Assembly: GCA_037189525.1 (NCBI GenBank)
Contig: JBBCJC010000002.1
Coordinates: 256,001 to 320,000, forward strand
Source of the DNA: Gemmatimonadales bacterium
Lineage (GTDB): Bacteria > Gemmatimonadota > Gemmatimonadetes > Gemmatimonadales > GWC2-71-9
Length of the DNA stretch: 64,000 bases
Reading direction: 5' to 3'
The notes below the pieces were generated by a model. It had not been told where the DNA came from and did not search any database. It saw only the letters and a program-made list of their open reading frames with translations. Positions 48,757 to 58,991 of this stretch are shown piece after piece. The position numbers were made by a program, and so were the translations under genes. Numbering within the stretch: the first letter of the stretch is position 1; each line of letters opens with the position of its first letter.

Positions 48757-51567
48757 ATGCTCAGATTCCTGCTCCTTTCGTTGCTCCTGGCCGCCAGCGC
48801 CACCGCGCAGGCCGTCCCCAAGCGGACCGAGGCGCCGCCGCTGCCGCTCGACTCCGCGGTGGTGACCGGTACGTTGCCCAACGGTCTCCGCTATTTCGTC
48901 CGCAAAAACAGCCGGCCGGCCGCTCGGGCAGAGCTGCGGCTGGTCGTCAACGCCGGCTCGCTGCTGGAAGATGACGATCAGCTGGGCCTGGCCCATTTCG
49001 CCGAGCACATGGCGTTCAATGGGACGGCCAACTTCGAAAAGCACGAGCTGATCGACTATATCGAACGGATCGGGATGCGTTTCGGGGCCGACCTCAACGC
49101 CAGCACCTCGTTCGACGAGACCATCTACCAGCTCCAGGTCCCGACCGACAGCGCGCATCTGCTCAACACCGCGATGCAGATCCTGGAGGACTGGGCCCAC
49201 GGTGTCACCTTCGATACGGCCGAGATCCGCAAGGAGCGCGGCGTGGTGATCGAAGAGTGGCGACTCGACCAGGATGCCTCGAATCGGATGTTCCGGCAGC
49301 AGTTCCCCGTCCTGTTTCGCGGCTCGCGTTATCGGGACCGCCTGCCGATCGGCACCAAGGAGTCACTCGAAGAGTTCGCACCTGGCGCGCTGACCCGCTA
49401 CTACCGCGACTGGTATCGCCCCGACCTGATGGCCGTGGTGGCCGTGGGCGACTTCGACGTGGCGGCGGTAACCGCGCTGATCAAGACCCACTTCAGCAAG
49501 ATTCGGAGTCCGCGGACCAAGCGTCCCCGGGTCGACTATCGGATTCCGCTGCGTGATTCGACCGCCGTCGCGATTGCCACGGACCCCGAAGCCACCAGCA
49601 CCAGCATCAGCGTTTACTACCTCGAACCCGGCGACGTCGATCCCTCCGAGGCCGCCTATCGCGGCTCTCTGGTCGATGCGCTGTATGCGATGATGTTCAA
49701 CGCCCGGCTCGACGAACTGACCCAGCGCCCCAACCCGCCCTTCCTGGGTGCGGGTGGAGGTGCCAGCCGGCTGGTACGAGGCACCCGCGCCTTCTTCCTG
49801 GGTGCGGCCGTATCCGACACCGGAATTGCCCGGGGCTTCGAGGCGGTCCTGACCGAGGCAGAGCGGGTCGAACGACACGGCTTTACCCCGACCGAGCTCG
49901 ACCGCGCCAAGCAGGATCTACTGCGCAGCTACGAACGCGCCTACGCCGAGCGTGCCAACACGGAGTCGGCGCGCTACGCAGACGAGTATGTGCGACACTA
50001 TCTGACCACCGAAGCGATTCCCGGCATCGGCTACGAGTTGGGCCTGGTCAAACGGCTCCTGCCGACCATCGATCTCGCCGAGGTGAACCGCTCGGCGCGC
50101 ACCTGGCTCGATGGCAAAGATCGCGTCCTTCTGGTCAACGCACCGGACAAGGCCGCGGCCTCGATCCCCGATGCCGCGGCATTGCTGGCCCTGTTCGATC
50201 GGGTCCAGCGCGCCGACGTCGCCGCGTACGAAGAGAATGTGTCAGACGAGCCGCTGGTGACCGCAAGCCTGGCGCCGCGCGCCATTACCCAGACCACCAC
50301 CGACTCCGCCCTTGGTGTTACGACCTGGACCCTTCCCAATGGCGTCCGGGTGATCCTCAAACCGACCGACTTCAAAGCCGACGAAGTACTGCTGACCGCC
50401 TCGAGCCCGGGCGGGACCTCGGTCGTACCTGACAGCCTCTACACCGCCGCCGCGTTTGCGACGCAGCTGATCGGCCTGGGCGGGTTGGGGGAATTTTCGG
50501 CCATCGATCTACAGAAGAAGCTCGCAGGCAAGGCGGTGTCCGTCTCGCCCTATATCGGGAACTACTACGAAGGGCTGCAGGGCCAGGCCTCGCCGCAGGA
50601 CCTGGAAACGCTCTTTCAGTTGATCTATCTGCAGTTCACCGCGCCGAGGCAGGATCGCGACGCGTTTGAAGCGTTCAAGACCAATGCTCGCGCCGCGCTG
50701 GCCAATCGCAGCGCCAACCCGGCAACGGCGTTCCGCGACACGCTGACCGTCGTGCTCACCCAGCACCATCCGCGCACCCGGCCGATCAACGCCGCCATCG
50801 TCGACTCCTTCGACCTCGACCGATCGCTGCGCGTCTACCGCGACCGCTTCGGAGACGCCGGCGACTTCACCTTCGTCATCGTCGGCGCCTTCGCACTCGA
50901 CGCCATCCGGCCGCTGGTCGAGACCTATCTCGGCAATCTCCCCGCACGCCAGCGCAACGAGCAGTGGCGTGACGTGGGTATCCGCGCGCCAACCGGTGTG
51001 GTCGAGCGTCAGGTCGTTCGCGGCCTCGAACCGCGCAGCCAGACGCAGATGGTTTTCTCGGGCGCCTTCCCGTATTCGCGGGAAGAGCGGTTCGTGATTC
51101 GCAGCCTGGCGGACGTTCTGGATATCCGATTGCGCGAACGGCTGCGCGAAGATCTGGGCGGAACTTACGGTGCGTCGGTCAGCGCGTCGCCCACCAAAGT
51201 GCCGCGCGAGGAGTACTCGATCAGCGTCGGCTTCGGCTCCGCACCCGATCGGGTCGATGAGCTGGTGGCCGCTGTGTGGGCCGAGATCGATGCGCTCCGC
51301 AGTTCGGGTGCGACAGCCGACGAACTCGTCAAACTGCGCGAGTCGACCGTTCGTACCCGCGAAACCAGCCTGCGCGAAAACGGATTCTGGCTCGGCCAGC
51401 TGTCCGGATACCAGCAGACGGGTGAAAGTTTCCGGGGAATCCTGGACACGGCGGATCTGTTGCCGCTGCTCACGTCCGAGCGGATCAAAGAAGCCGCCAT
51501 TCGTTACCTCGACCGCAGCAACTACGTCAAGGTGACACTGATGCCGGAAACCGGCCGAACGCCCTGA
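48757..51567 (+). CDS. M16 zinc peptidase (PqqL-like), exported
   Basis: Signal peptide, LPNGL, HFAEH (HxxEH), NASTSFDETIY, duplicated M16 halves. Confidence 0.93.
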   Translation: MLRFLLLSLLLAASATAQAVPKRTEAPPLPLDSAVVTGTLPNGLRYFVRKNSRPAARAELRLVVNAGSLLEDDDQLGLAHFAEHMAFNGTANFEKHELIDYIERIGMRFGADLNASTSFDETIYQLQVPTDSAHLLNTAMQILEDWAHGVTFDTAEIRKERGVVIEEWRLDQDASNRMFRQQFPVLFRGSRYRDRLPIGTKESLEEFAPGALTRYYRDWYRPDLMAVVAVGDFDVAAVTALIKTHFSKIRSPRTKRPRVDYRIPLRDSTAVAIATDPEATSTSISVYYLEPGDVDPSEAAYRGSLVDALYAMMFNARLDELTQRPNPPFLGAGGGASRLVRGTRAFFLGAAVSDTGIARGFEAVLTEAERVERHGFTPTELDRAKQDLLRSYERAYAERANTESARYADEYVRHYLTTEAIPGIGYELGLVKRLLPTIDLAEVNRSARTWLDGKDRVLLVNAPDKAAASIPDAAALLALFDRVQRADVAAYEENVSDEPLVTASLAPRAITQTTTDSALGVTTWTLPNGVRVILKPTDFKADEVLLTASSPGGTSVVPDSLYTAAAFATQLIGLGGLGEFSAIDLQKKLAGKAVSVSPYIGNYYEGLQGQASPQDLETLFQLIYLQFTAPRQDRDAFEAFKTNARAALANRSANPATAFRDTLTVVLTQHHPRTRPINAAIVDSFDLDRSLRVYRDRFGDAGDFTFVIVGAFALDAIRPLVETYLGNLPARQRNEQWRDVGIRAPTGVVERQVVRGLEPRSQTQMVFSGAFPYSREERFVIRSLADVLDIRLRERLREDLGGTYGASVSASPTKVPREEYSISVGFGSAPDRVDELVAAVWAEIDALRSSGATADELVKLRESTVRTRETSLRENGFWLGQLSGYQQTGESFRGILDTADLLPLLTSERIKEAAIRYLDRSNYVKVTLMPETGRTP

Positions 51568-51669
51568 CGTCACTGGACGCAAAGAGGGCCGACACTGTGC
51601 CGGCCCTCCGCCCTGCAATCCATCGAATGTCCCGACCGCACGCTCCGTAGGTCGAGAGGATACGCTCCG

Positions 51670-53103
51670 TCAGTTCGGCGTGAAGGCCGGGCACGCTAGC
51701 GCTGCGTTGCCGGTTTGCTCCCGCGCCAAGCACTCAGCCTGGGGAACCACCTGATTATTGGTAAGGGCAAAGTTGACGCCCGAAAGCGGCAACGTCGTCA
51801 GTCGCCCGAATCGGCGGATATCAACCCAGCGATGGCCCTGCAGCAAAAGCGACAGCCGGCGCTGTGTCAGTAGTTCGGTGACGAAATCATCGGCCGATGT
51901 GAACGCACCCCGCGACGCCAGATTTCCGCTGACGGTCCGAATCGCGTTGATGTCCGCCAGCGCGCCGTCCGCGTCACCCGTGAAGTACCGGGCCTCGGCG
52001 CGCAGCAGAATCAGCTCCTCGTTATCGATGATCGGGATACCGGTCGTAAGCGCGGGATAGACCTGAAAGCGCAGGTCGGTCGGGGTGTTCGATTCCGCCG
52101 GAACGCGGAGCGGCTGGCCGGTCAGGATCTTACCGGTGTACCGACGATCCGTCACACTCACCGTTCCGTCGTCACGAATCGACGGATGGGCGTACAGGTT
52201 GGCATTGTTGGGTGTCAACCCGTTGGCCGCATCGGTGCCGGAGTTCCCGAAGAAATACTGCGGGCCGAGTTTGAGGTTGCTCCTGTCGGCAGCAAGCGGC
52301 GCCAGGAAAGAACTCGACAGTGCCGTTAGCACCCCCTGATAGAGCGCCTGATTACGGTCGCCCAAGGAGGCCCGGTAGGCTTCGACCCGTGCCTTGAGAG
52401 CGCGGTTGAAACGTCCAAACCCTGCGGGCGTGTCGAAGCCGCCGAAGCCGATCCCGGCACCGGTCGGCAGGCTAAAAGGAAAGGCTGTGGTCCCAGCCGT
52501 CTGCAGTTGTGCATAACCGACATCGAGCTGCGCCGTGATATATCGATAGACCGAATCGCGCGGTACGAACGGCGCGAGATCATTGGCATCGTCACGAATC
52601 TCGATGACGGCGCCGAGGTTGTGCCGAGTGGCGATTACATAGAGCAATTCGAGCGCTTCGAGCGTACGCGCGAACCCGATGGCGCCCGCTTTCTGGCCCG
52701 GACTGAGGGCCGATCCGTTCTCCGCGGCGAGGCGGAAGGTCCGGATGTTTCTGAGCGTGGCATACCGATCGCCCCAGCCGCCGGTGGACTGCCCGGCCGG
52801 GTCGCTGAAGTTCTGGTAGAACGACGTGACCGATCGGCTTTCCGTTGGCGAGATACTGAAGACTTCGCGGCCGAACTGACCGGTTCCTGTGATGAATGCG
52901 CTGATCGAGGAGCGCTCAGATGCAATGATCCCGGTCGCCGCGAGGCGGAGCGCCTGCACCGGATCACTGGCCAGCGCGTCCGGGGTCGGCCGGTTCGGAT
53001 TGGACACACCGTCGACATCGCACGCTGAAGCACTCAGACTGAGGACGGCCGCGCCGATGAGGCGCCACTGAAAGCTGCGTAAGAACAAGGATGAGTGTTT
53101 CAT
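51670..53103 (-). CDS. RagB/SusD-family outer-membrane lipoprotein
   Basis: ASAC lipobox, EELILLRAEA, QGHRWVDIRR; downstream of the SusC gene. Confidence 0.9.
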   Translation of the reverse strand: MKHSSLFLRSFQWRLIGAAVLSLSASACDVDGVSNPNRPTPDALASDPVQALRLAATGIIASERSSISAFITGTGQFGREVFSISPTESRSVTSFYQNFSDPAGQSTGGWGDRYATLRNIRTFRLAAENGSALSPGQKAGAIGFARTLEALELLYVIATRHNLGAVIEIRDDANDLAPFVPRDSVYRYITAQLDVGYAQLQTAGTTAFPFSLPTGAGIGFGGFDTPAGFGRFNRALKARVEAYRASLGDRNQALYQGVLTALSSSFLAPLAADRSNLKLGPQYFFGNSGTDAANGLTPNNANLYAHPSIRDDGTVSVTDRRYTGKILTGQPLRVPAESNTPTDLRFQVYPALTTGIPIIDNEELILLRAEARYFTGDADGALADINAIRTVSGNLASRGAFTSADDFVTELLTQRRLSLLLQGHRWVDIRRFGRLTTLPLSGVNFALTNNQVVPQAECLAREQTGNAALACPAFTPN

Positions 53104-53105
53104 AA

Positions 53106-56100
53106 TCAGTACGTCAGATTGAGGGACAGCGCGAACGACCGGGCGCCCGGATAGGGAGCGGTGTCCACGAACCGGTTCAGGTTCTGGTTGCCGAAGTTGT
53201 TGAACTCGGGATCATATCCCCAGTAACCCGTCCATAGCGCAACATTGCGTGCTTCGAGACCAACCCGAAGAGCCGAAGCGCGGAATGCGCGCGCGACCGA
53301 ACGAGGCGCGTTGAAATTGACCGCCACCTCGCGAAGTCGAAGGTAGGTTCCGTCTTGGAGATAGATCCGGGCATCGGAACCGCCGCTCCACGCCTGGAAC
53401 CGGAAGTCGCCGAGCCCCAGCACCGCGGCGGGGATGCTCCCGATCGTCTCGGTCGGGACACCACGGGGTGCGTTCTCGGGCGTGACCGCAGTGGTGAAGT
53501 CGCGACTGGTACCGCCTTCGTCGTACAGCTTCGTGGTAGTGTTGGCCACATCACCACCGCTGCGCCAATCCAGCGTAAAGGCGAAGCTAAGTCGCTTCCA
53601 GTTGACCGTGTTCTCGAAGAAGACCTGGAAGTCCGGGTTCGAGTTCCCGATCAGCGTATCGACACGTCCGGCAACCAGACCGGGGTTCGTGACGTACGAC
53701 CCCACGGGCAGCACATTACCCGCGGCATCAACGGGGACGTTCCCCCAGATGTCACTGGTTTCACCACCGCCGGTGACCCGATTACGTCCGAAGGAGGCGC
53801 CAAAACTGTTCGGTGCCGCAAAGGGCGGCACCGATGCCGGAAGGTCGACGACGCGCTCGCGTTTCTTCTGGAACGTCGCCCGCGAAACGACCGACCAGTC
53901 GCGGCTCTGGACCGGCACGACGGTGAGCCCCGCCTCGATGCCCTGGTTGCGCAGCTTCCCGGCATTGATGACCAAGGTACTGAAGCCGGTCGATGGCGCA
54001 GCCGACGGTTGGAGCAGCAAGTCGGTAATCGTACGGCGGTAGAGCGAGACCTCGAGCCCGACCCGGTCCTTGAACGCCGACAGATCGAAGCCGCCACTCA
54101 CTTCGGTTAGCGTCTCCGGCTTGATCGAGGGGTTGCCGACCACCGACGACGTCTGAACGCTGGGCTGTCCCTGGACCACACCGCCAGCACTCAACGTGAT
54201 ATCGCGATCCCCGTAGCGCGGCCGATTGCCAGTCTGACCCCAGCCGCCCCGGACTTTGATCTCATCGATCGGCCCACCCGGCGTGACGATCCGATACGCA
54301 GCAGAAAGGCGTGGGAAGGTGTAGAACGTGGCCCGGTCGCCATTCGCACTCGATCGATCCGCGCGCACGCCTGCATTGATCACCAGACGATCGTCGAAGG
54401 CCGTTACCTGCTCGCTCACGAACACGGCCTGGTCATGAAACTCCGTCAGCGACTGCGACGCAGTGACGGTACCCTGAGCAGCGAGCTCCGACCCCGGCAC
54501 CAAGCCTCGGCCGATGATGGCGTAGTTGTTGACGGACTGCCGCTCGATGCTGGCCCCGACGCTGGTCGTGAAGGTCAGACCGCGTCCAAAGACACGGGTC
54601 CATGTCGCGGTGGGCTGCAGGTTGTAGTTCAACCCGTCGACAGTGGCCTGTTCCGATGTACCAAAGAGACCATTCCGACCCTCATACTGGAGGAACCCGG
54701 GAGAGTAGAGGTCACCTGACTGCTGGTAACGGTCAAAGCCGCCCAGGAGGGTGATCGCAAGGCGATTGGCCGCCGTTTGGATCGGCGTATAGGTGGCTGT
54801 GACGCTGCCAAGCTGACGCCAGACGTCCTGTCCATAGTGGAGGTACTCATAGGTCTCGAACGGATTCGACGCCGAGAACCCGCCGCCGAAGATCGGATTG
54901 CGAACGTAGTTGCCGTTGGCATCGCGCTCCCGGAGATCGAATACCGCCGGGGTGTAGGCAAACGCGTAAACCGGACTGGTGAACGAGTTGTCGTTGTTGG
55001 CCAACCCGCGCTCGAGGTAATTCCGGATCGCATTCAGGTTGACCGAGGCCGTCAGCTGAGGCGAAATAGTCTGGTCGATATTGAGCCGGAGGGATTGGAG
55101 TCGCGCCGAGTTGTTCCGGGCAATCCCTTCCTCGCGCCGCTGGGTCACCGAAGCAAAGTACCGGGTTGCCTGGGTACCGCCGGAGAGGGAAGCCGATGTT
55201 TCGTACGCGGGCCGGCGGTTACTGAAGAACTCCCGCTCGAGATCGATATTCGCCGCCTCAGGGATGTTGCCGTCAGGGAAGCGCTGCTCCAGATAAGCGC
55301 GCGCAGCCGCGTTGCCGGTTGCGCCATACCGCAGCGCGAGCACCTCGGCTACGGTCGAGAACTTTCGGTACCCTACATATCGCAGCGGCTCGGCATACCC
55401 GAGACGCTGGGTCACACTGAACTGGTTGGCGCCGGTACGGCCGCGCTTGGTCCGAATGACGACGACCCCATTGCTGGCCCGCGACCCGTACACCGCCGTT
55501 GCCGACGCATCCTTGACGATCTCGATACTCTCGATCTCGGCCGGATTGAGATCGGCCAATCGGTTGACGTTCTGATCCTGAGAGGTGCCGCCGCGGGTGA
55601 CCGTGGATGCGCCCGCCGAGAATGCGTCGTTCGATGCGATCAAGCCGTCGATGACGACCAGCGGCTCACCGTTACCCAGGATCGACGTCGTTCCGCGAAC
55701 CTGGATCTGGCCGCCGCCACCCGGAGCGCCGGTGTTCATATTGATACTGGCCCCGAGGATCTTACCCTGCAACGCCTGTTCGATCGACTGGGCCGGTGCA
55801 CGGACCAGTTGGTCGGCAACGACCTCGGCGGTAGCAGTTGTGGCACGCTGGCGCCGGAGTTCCGAACCGCCTCCCGCAATCGTGATCTCGCCAAGCGTAT
55901 ATGGCTGCGGCTCGAGCACGAACGCCACGGTGGTTGCCGTTGTGTCGATCCGGATCTCGCGCGGCGTGTAGCCGATGGCCCGGGCCGTCAGGCTCCGCGT
56001 CGTGCCCGGCACGGCAATGGTGAACACCCCCTGGTCGTTAACCCGTACGGCGCCAACCCCGACGGTCGAGATCAGCGCATATGGAATCGGACGCCCGTCT

Positions 56101-56216
56101 TGTTCCTTTACGGTGCCCGTGATCTGTCGTGTGGCAGGTACCTGACCTGCGGCCTCTCCACCCGAAATGAGGGCGAGCACTGCAACCGCCGTCACCCACC
56201 TCAACCTACTGCTCAT
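53106..56216 (-). CDS. SusC/RagA TonB-dependent transporter
   Basis: GAPGGG..I.VRG, PLVVIDG, DLNPAEIESIEIVKDASATAVYGSRASNGVVVI, KPE, YPGARS, C-terminal aromatic residue. Confidence 0.95.
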   Translation of the reverse strand: MSSRLRWVTAVAVLALISGGEAAGQVPATRQITGTVKEQDGRPIPYALISTVGVGAVRVNDQGVFTIAVPGTTRSLTARAIGYTPREIRIDTTATTVAFVLEPQPYTLGEITIAGGGSELRRQRATTATAEVVADQLVRAPAQSIEQALQGKILGASINMNTGAPGGGGQIQVRGTTSILGNGEPLVVIDGLIASNDAFSAGASTVTRGGTSQDQNVNRLADLNPAEIESIEIVKDASATAVYGSRASNGVVVIRTKRGRTGANQFSVTQRLGYAEPLRYVGYRKFSTVAEVLALRYGATGNAAARAYLEQRFPDGNIPEAANIDLEREFFSNRRPAYETSASLSGGTQATRYFASVTQRREEGIARNNSARLQSLRLNIDQTISPQLTASVNLNAIRNYLERGLANNDNSFTSPVYAFAYTPAVFDLRERDANGNYVRNPIFGGGFSASNPFETYEYLHYGQDVWRQLGSVTATYTPIQTAANRLAITLLGGFDRYQQSGDLYSPGFLQYEGRNGLFGTSEQATVDGLNYNLQPTATWTRVFGRGLTFTTSVGASIERQSVNNYAIIGRGLVPGSELAAQGTVTASQSLTEFHDQAVFVSEQVTAFDDRLVINAGVRADRSSANGDRATFYTFPRLSAAYRIVTPGGPIDEIKVRGGWGQTGNRPRYGDRDITLSAGGVVQGQPSVQTSSVVGNPSIKPETLTEVSGGFDLSAFKDRVGLEVSLYRRTITDLLLQPSAAPSTGFSTLVINAGKLRNQGIEAGLTVVPVQSRDWSVVSRATFQKKRERVVDLPASVPPFAAPNSFGASFGRNRVTGGGETSDIWGNVPVDAAGNVLPVGSYVTNPGLVAGRVDTLIGNSNPDFQVFFENTVNWKRLSFAFTLDWRSGGDVANTTTKLYDEGGTSRDFTTAVTPENAPRGVPTETIGSIPAAVLGLGDFRFQAWSGGSDARIYLQDGTYLRLREVAVNFNAPRSVARAFRASALRVGLEARNVALWTGYWGYDPEFNNFGNQNLNRFVDTAPYPGARSFALSLNLTY

Positions 56217-56338
56217 GTACGTTCATCTCCTCGACTTGCATGTTTCGCCACCCTCATCGCGGCGCCGAGTCGTTCGGCTGCCGATCGGTGGGACCTGCCG
56301 ACTACAACGATTGGATCACTCGGTACGATCGCCATCAC

Positions 56339-56372
56339 GAAAGAGGCCCGCTCCGGAACCGGGGCGGGCCTC
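56339..56372 (-). terminator. Hairpin between the LVIVD gene and susC (possible weak terminator)
   Basis: GAGGCCCGCTCCGG/CCGGGGCGGGCCTC followed by only TTTC on the minus strand. Confidence 0.45.
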
Positions 56373-56519
56373 GTCATAGACGTCGGTCAAGTCGACCCGA
56401 CATTCATCCGGACCTTTCGGCGCCCCCAGAGCCCTCCCACGGTTGGGGTGGACAGCACATCACCCACCGACGACACATCCGTCGGCGACCATATCCCATG
56501 AACCCGCCCGCGCGGCGCA

Positions 56520-58580
56520 TCATGGCGTCAGTGCCCGCTTGGGCTCGAGCTTGGCGGCCCACAAGCCCGAGTTCCAGTCGGTAAACAACACACGCCCTTT
56601 CCACGGCATGGCGTTCATCACCATCGGCGCATTTGCGGTGAATCCCTGGGGATCGAACGGTTTGTAGACGGCAATCTCACGTCCCTGATCGAAGAGATTA
56701 CCGAGCAGCAAGCCCGAGACATCGACGATTCGAACGCCGCCCTCGTAGTACCCCTGATAGAGCACGTCATCCTCAATGATGATGTCGTGCGAGCCGAAGT
56801 CATCGATCTGGTATCGCCCCACTTTGCGCGGGTTCTTGGGATCGGTAAAGTCGACGATGTGGGTATACCCACCCATGGTCTGGGCAATACCACCTTTGAT
56901 CGGTTTGCCATCCGGACCTGGCGCATTGGTCCAGGTCGTCCCTTCCCAGGCACGCCCGGTCCGCCCTTCCTCGTCACCGAGGAAGAGGTAGACCTTCCCC
57001 GTTGCTTTCTGGAAGTACGGGAAGATTTCGTGACCGCTATTGATCCTGAAAGTATTGATCAGCTTGGGCTTCTCGATGGTGCCGCCATACGCGCCGTTGC
57101 CGACATCGACCACAACCGCGCCGACCCCACCTTGCGCTGAGTAGGCAATACCATCGTGAACCCAGAGATCATGGATGCGGGCGTTCGGATGCCGGTACTC
57201 GCTCACGTACTTGGGGTTGGCGAGGTCGCGGACATCGATGATGACGTATTTGGCACCTCCCGAGACGGCAAAGAGGTGGTCGTTAGTGGCGAACATGTTG
57301 TGCACGCCCCCAGTCAGTTCCTCGCTGAAGGTGGACGCGATGCGCGGATGCCGTGGTGTGGAGAGATCGAGAATGACAACCCCGTTGACACGATTGGATG
57401 CGCCCTCACGGGACAGAGCGGCGTACCGTCCGTCCGGTGACACCGTGACATCGTTGATGGTGCGCGCGTCGACCTGGATCGAGTCCACCCGGACGAGATT
57501 GCTCGGATCCGTGATATCAAATACCAAAACCCAGCCGTCGCCTCCCCAAGTGCCGACGAGGCAGTAGTCACGACCGTCGGTTCCGGTCCAGGGCCAGAGA
57601 TCGGAGGTGTGGGTATTGGTGATACTGCCACGACCGGTGACACTGATCCGCCGACGGACGTCCCGCGGCACGACTTCGAGCACGACCCGCGCTCCGGCTG
57701 TCCCCGACTGAGCCAGCAAAGTGTACCGGCCGGGATAATTACCGGCGAACAAGCCTGCATCGATGATTCCGGGCCCACCCGGGGCCGCGATGGAATCATC
57801 GGGTGTGTAGAGATAGCTCCAGGTGATCGGCGCATCGGTCACGATACTCCCATCGGCACGCCGAGCGGTCGCCAGCAGCGGAATCGCATCGCCGGTTCGA
57901 AGGATCTGCTCCTGCACACCGAGCTCGAGCACCGTCACCGGATTGGTCGCGACCGTGTACTGGCGACTTCCGGTTACCCCCTCATGGTCCGCGATGATCG
58001 TGACACGTCCCGCCCTCAGGGCAGAGACGTTGCCGAATCGATCGACTGACGCCACCGAGGGATCGCTGCTCCGCCAGCTCGGCACCAGCCCGGTTCGTTC
58101 GGTACTGTCGGCATGCCAGCCGCGGGCACGATGGGCAATGGTGACGTTGGTGTACAATCGCCCCGGCTCGGCCGGCTCCACCTCGAGCCGGGTCAAGGCG
58201 GGCCACTGCACCTCGACCGGAATGGTCAGGCGCGCCGCTGGCGATGCCGATCGCCCGCCGACGCTGGCCCACACTTCGAATACGCCGGCCTTGAACGCGG
58301 TTACGCGCCCGGACACGTGATCGTATCGGACGACACCACGGGCACCGCTTACCCGAATCGGCGCGTCGGCAACCTGGTTTCCCGAGCTGTCGTACGCCAG
58401 GATCTCGAGCGGAGCCGACTCACCGGCGCGCAGAACCAGCTTGGCGGGCTCGGCCACCAACCGCACGACGACCGGCGCTCGCTCCTGCGCAAAACTTTGT
58501 CCCGCCAGGCCGACCAGCAGACCAGACCATGTCGCGGCGGTCCGTAACAGGGACCTGAACCCCTCATACTGCCATTTCAT
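56520..58580 (-). CDS. Exported protein with Ig-like (Big_2) domains and LVIVD-repeat beta-propeller
   Basis: WRSSDPSVASVD Ig motif; repeated xxIxDxxxPxxP units with several His; start moved to ATG 58580 (AGAGGG RBS). Confidence 0.85.
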   Translation of the reverse strand: MKWQYEGFRSLLRTAATWSGLLVGLAGQSFAQERAPVVVRLVAEPAKLVLRAGESAPLEILAYDSSGNQVADAPIRVSGARGVVRYDHVSGRVTAFKAGVFEVWASVGGRSASPAARLTIPVEVQWPALTRLEVEPAEPGRLYTNVTIAHRARGWHADSTERTGLVPSWRSSDPSVASVDRFGNVSALRAGRVTIIADHEGVTGSRQYTVATNPVTVLELGVQEQILRTGDAIPLLATARRADGSIVTDAPITWSYLYTPDDSIAAPGGPGIIDAGLFAGNYPGRYTLLAQSGTAGARVVLEVVPRDVRRRISVTGRGSITNTHTSDLWPWTGTDGRDYCLVGTWGGDGWVLVFDITDPSNLVRVDSIQVDARTINDVTVSPDGRYAALSREGASNRVNGVVILDLSTPRHPRIASTFSEELTGGVHNMFATNDHLFAVSGGAKYVIIDVRDLANPKYVSEYRHPNARIHDLWVHDGIAYSAQGGVGAVVVDVGNGAYGGTIEKPKLINTFRINSGHEIFPYFQKATGKVYLFLGDEEGRTGRAWEGTTWTNAPGPDGKPIKGGIAQTMGGYTHIVDFTDPKNPRKVGRYQIDDFGSHDIIIEDDVLYQGYYEGGVRIVDVSGLLLGNLFDQGREIAVYKPFDPQGFTANAPMVMNAMPWKGRVLFTDWNSGLWAAKLEPKRALTP

Positions 58581-58624
58581 GCGCCCTCTCTTCTCGACGC
58601 GGCGTTGATGCAGCATCGGCCAAC

Positions 58625-58657
58625 GAAAAAACCCGCCTCCGGTCATCGGAAGCGGGT
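58625..58657 (-). terminator. Intrinsic terminator in the 5' leader of the LVIVD gene (attenuator)
   Basis: ACCCGCTTCCG-ATGAC-CGGAGGCGGGT followed by a T tract on the minus strand, about 45 nt before the ATG. Confidence 0.85.
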
Positions 58658-58711
58658 CTGTGCAATCGTCCACGTAGAACGACGTTAGTCCGGCGTCACC
58701 AGACTACTGCA

Positions 58712-58795
58712 TTACCTGCCTCCCGGATGGATGCACGCGCCACACATGCGACAACAGCACATGTGATATCCGACGGTTGCGGGAGCGCGCATCAT
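58712..58795 (-). CDS. Cys-rich leader peptide (27 aa)
   Basis: MMRAPATVGYHMCCCRMCGACIHPGGR*; below the ORF-track size cutoff; lies directly upstream of the terminator. Confidence 0.7.
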   Translation of the reverse strand: MMRAPATVGYHMCCCRMCGACIHPGGR

Positions 58796-58991
58796 TCCAG
58801 GATCGAACTTTCGAGTTGAGTGTCACCGCCATTACCCTGAATGGCGGGGATGCAATCTCGGCAGCCTCGTCGAACAAAGTCAAGGGCAAAGGCCCAGGCC
58901 CCAAACCAACCCCCTCGTGCCGTTGAGGACGCGGTTCTACTTTCCAGCGTCCACCGAGATCACTTCCGCCTCTCTCTGCCAACCGGATCCC

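Noticed and set aside
56217..56519. Possible riboswitch upstream of susC
   Set aside because: Only generic hairpins; I recognised no cobalamin, TPP or SAM consensus. An Rfam scan would settle it.
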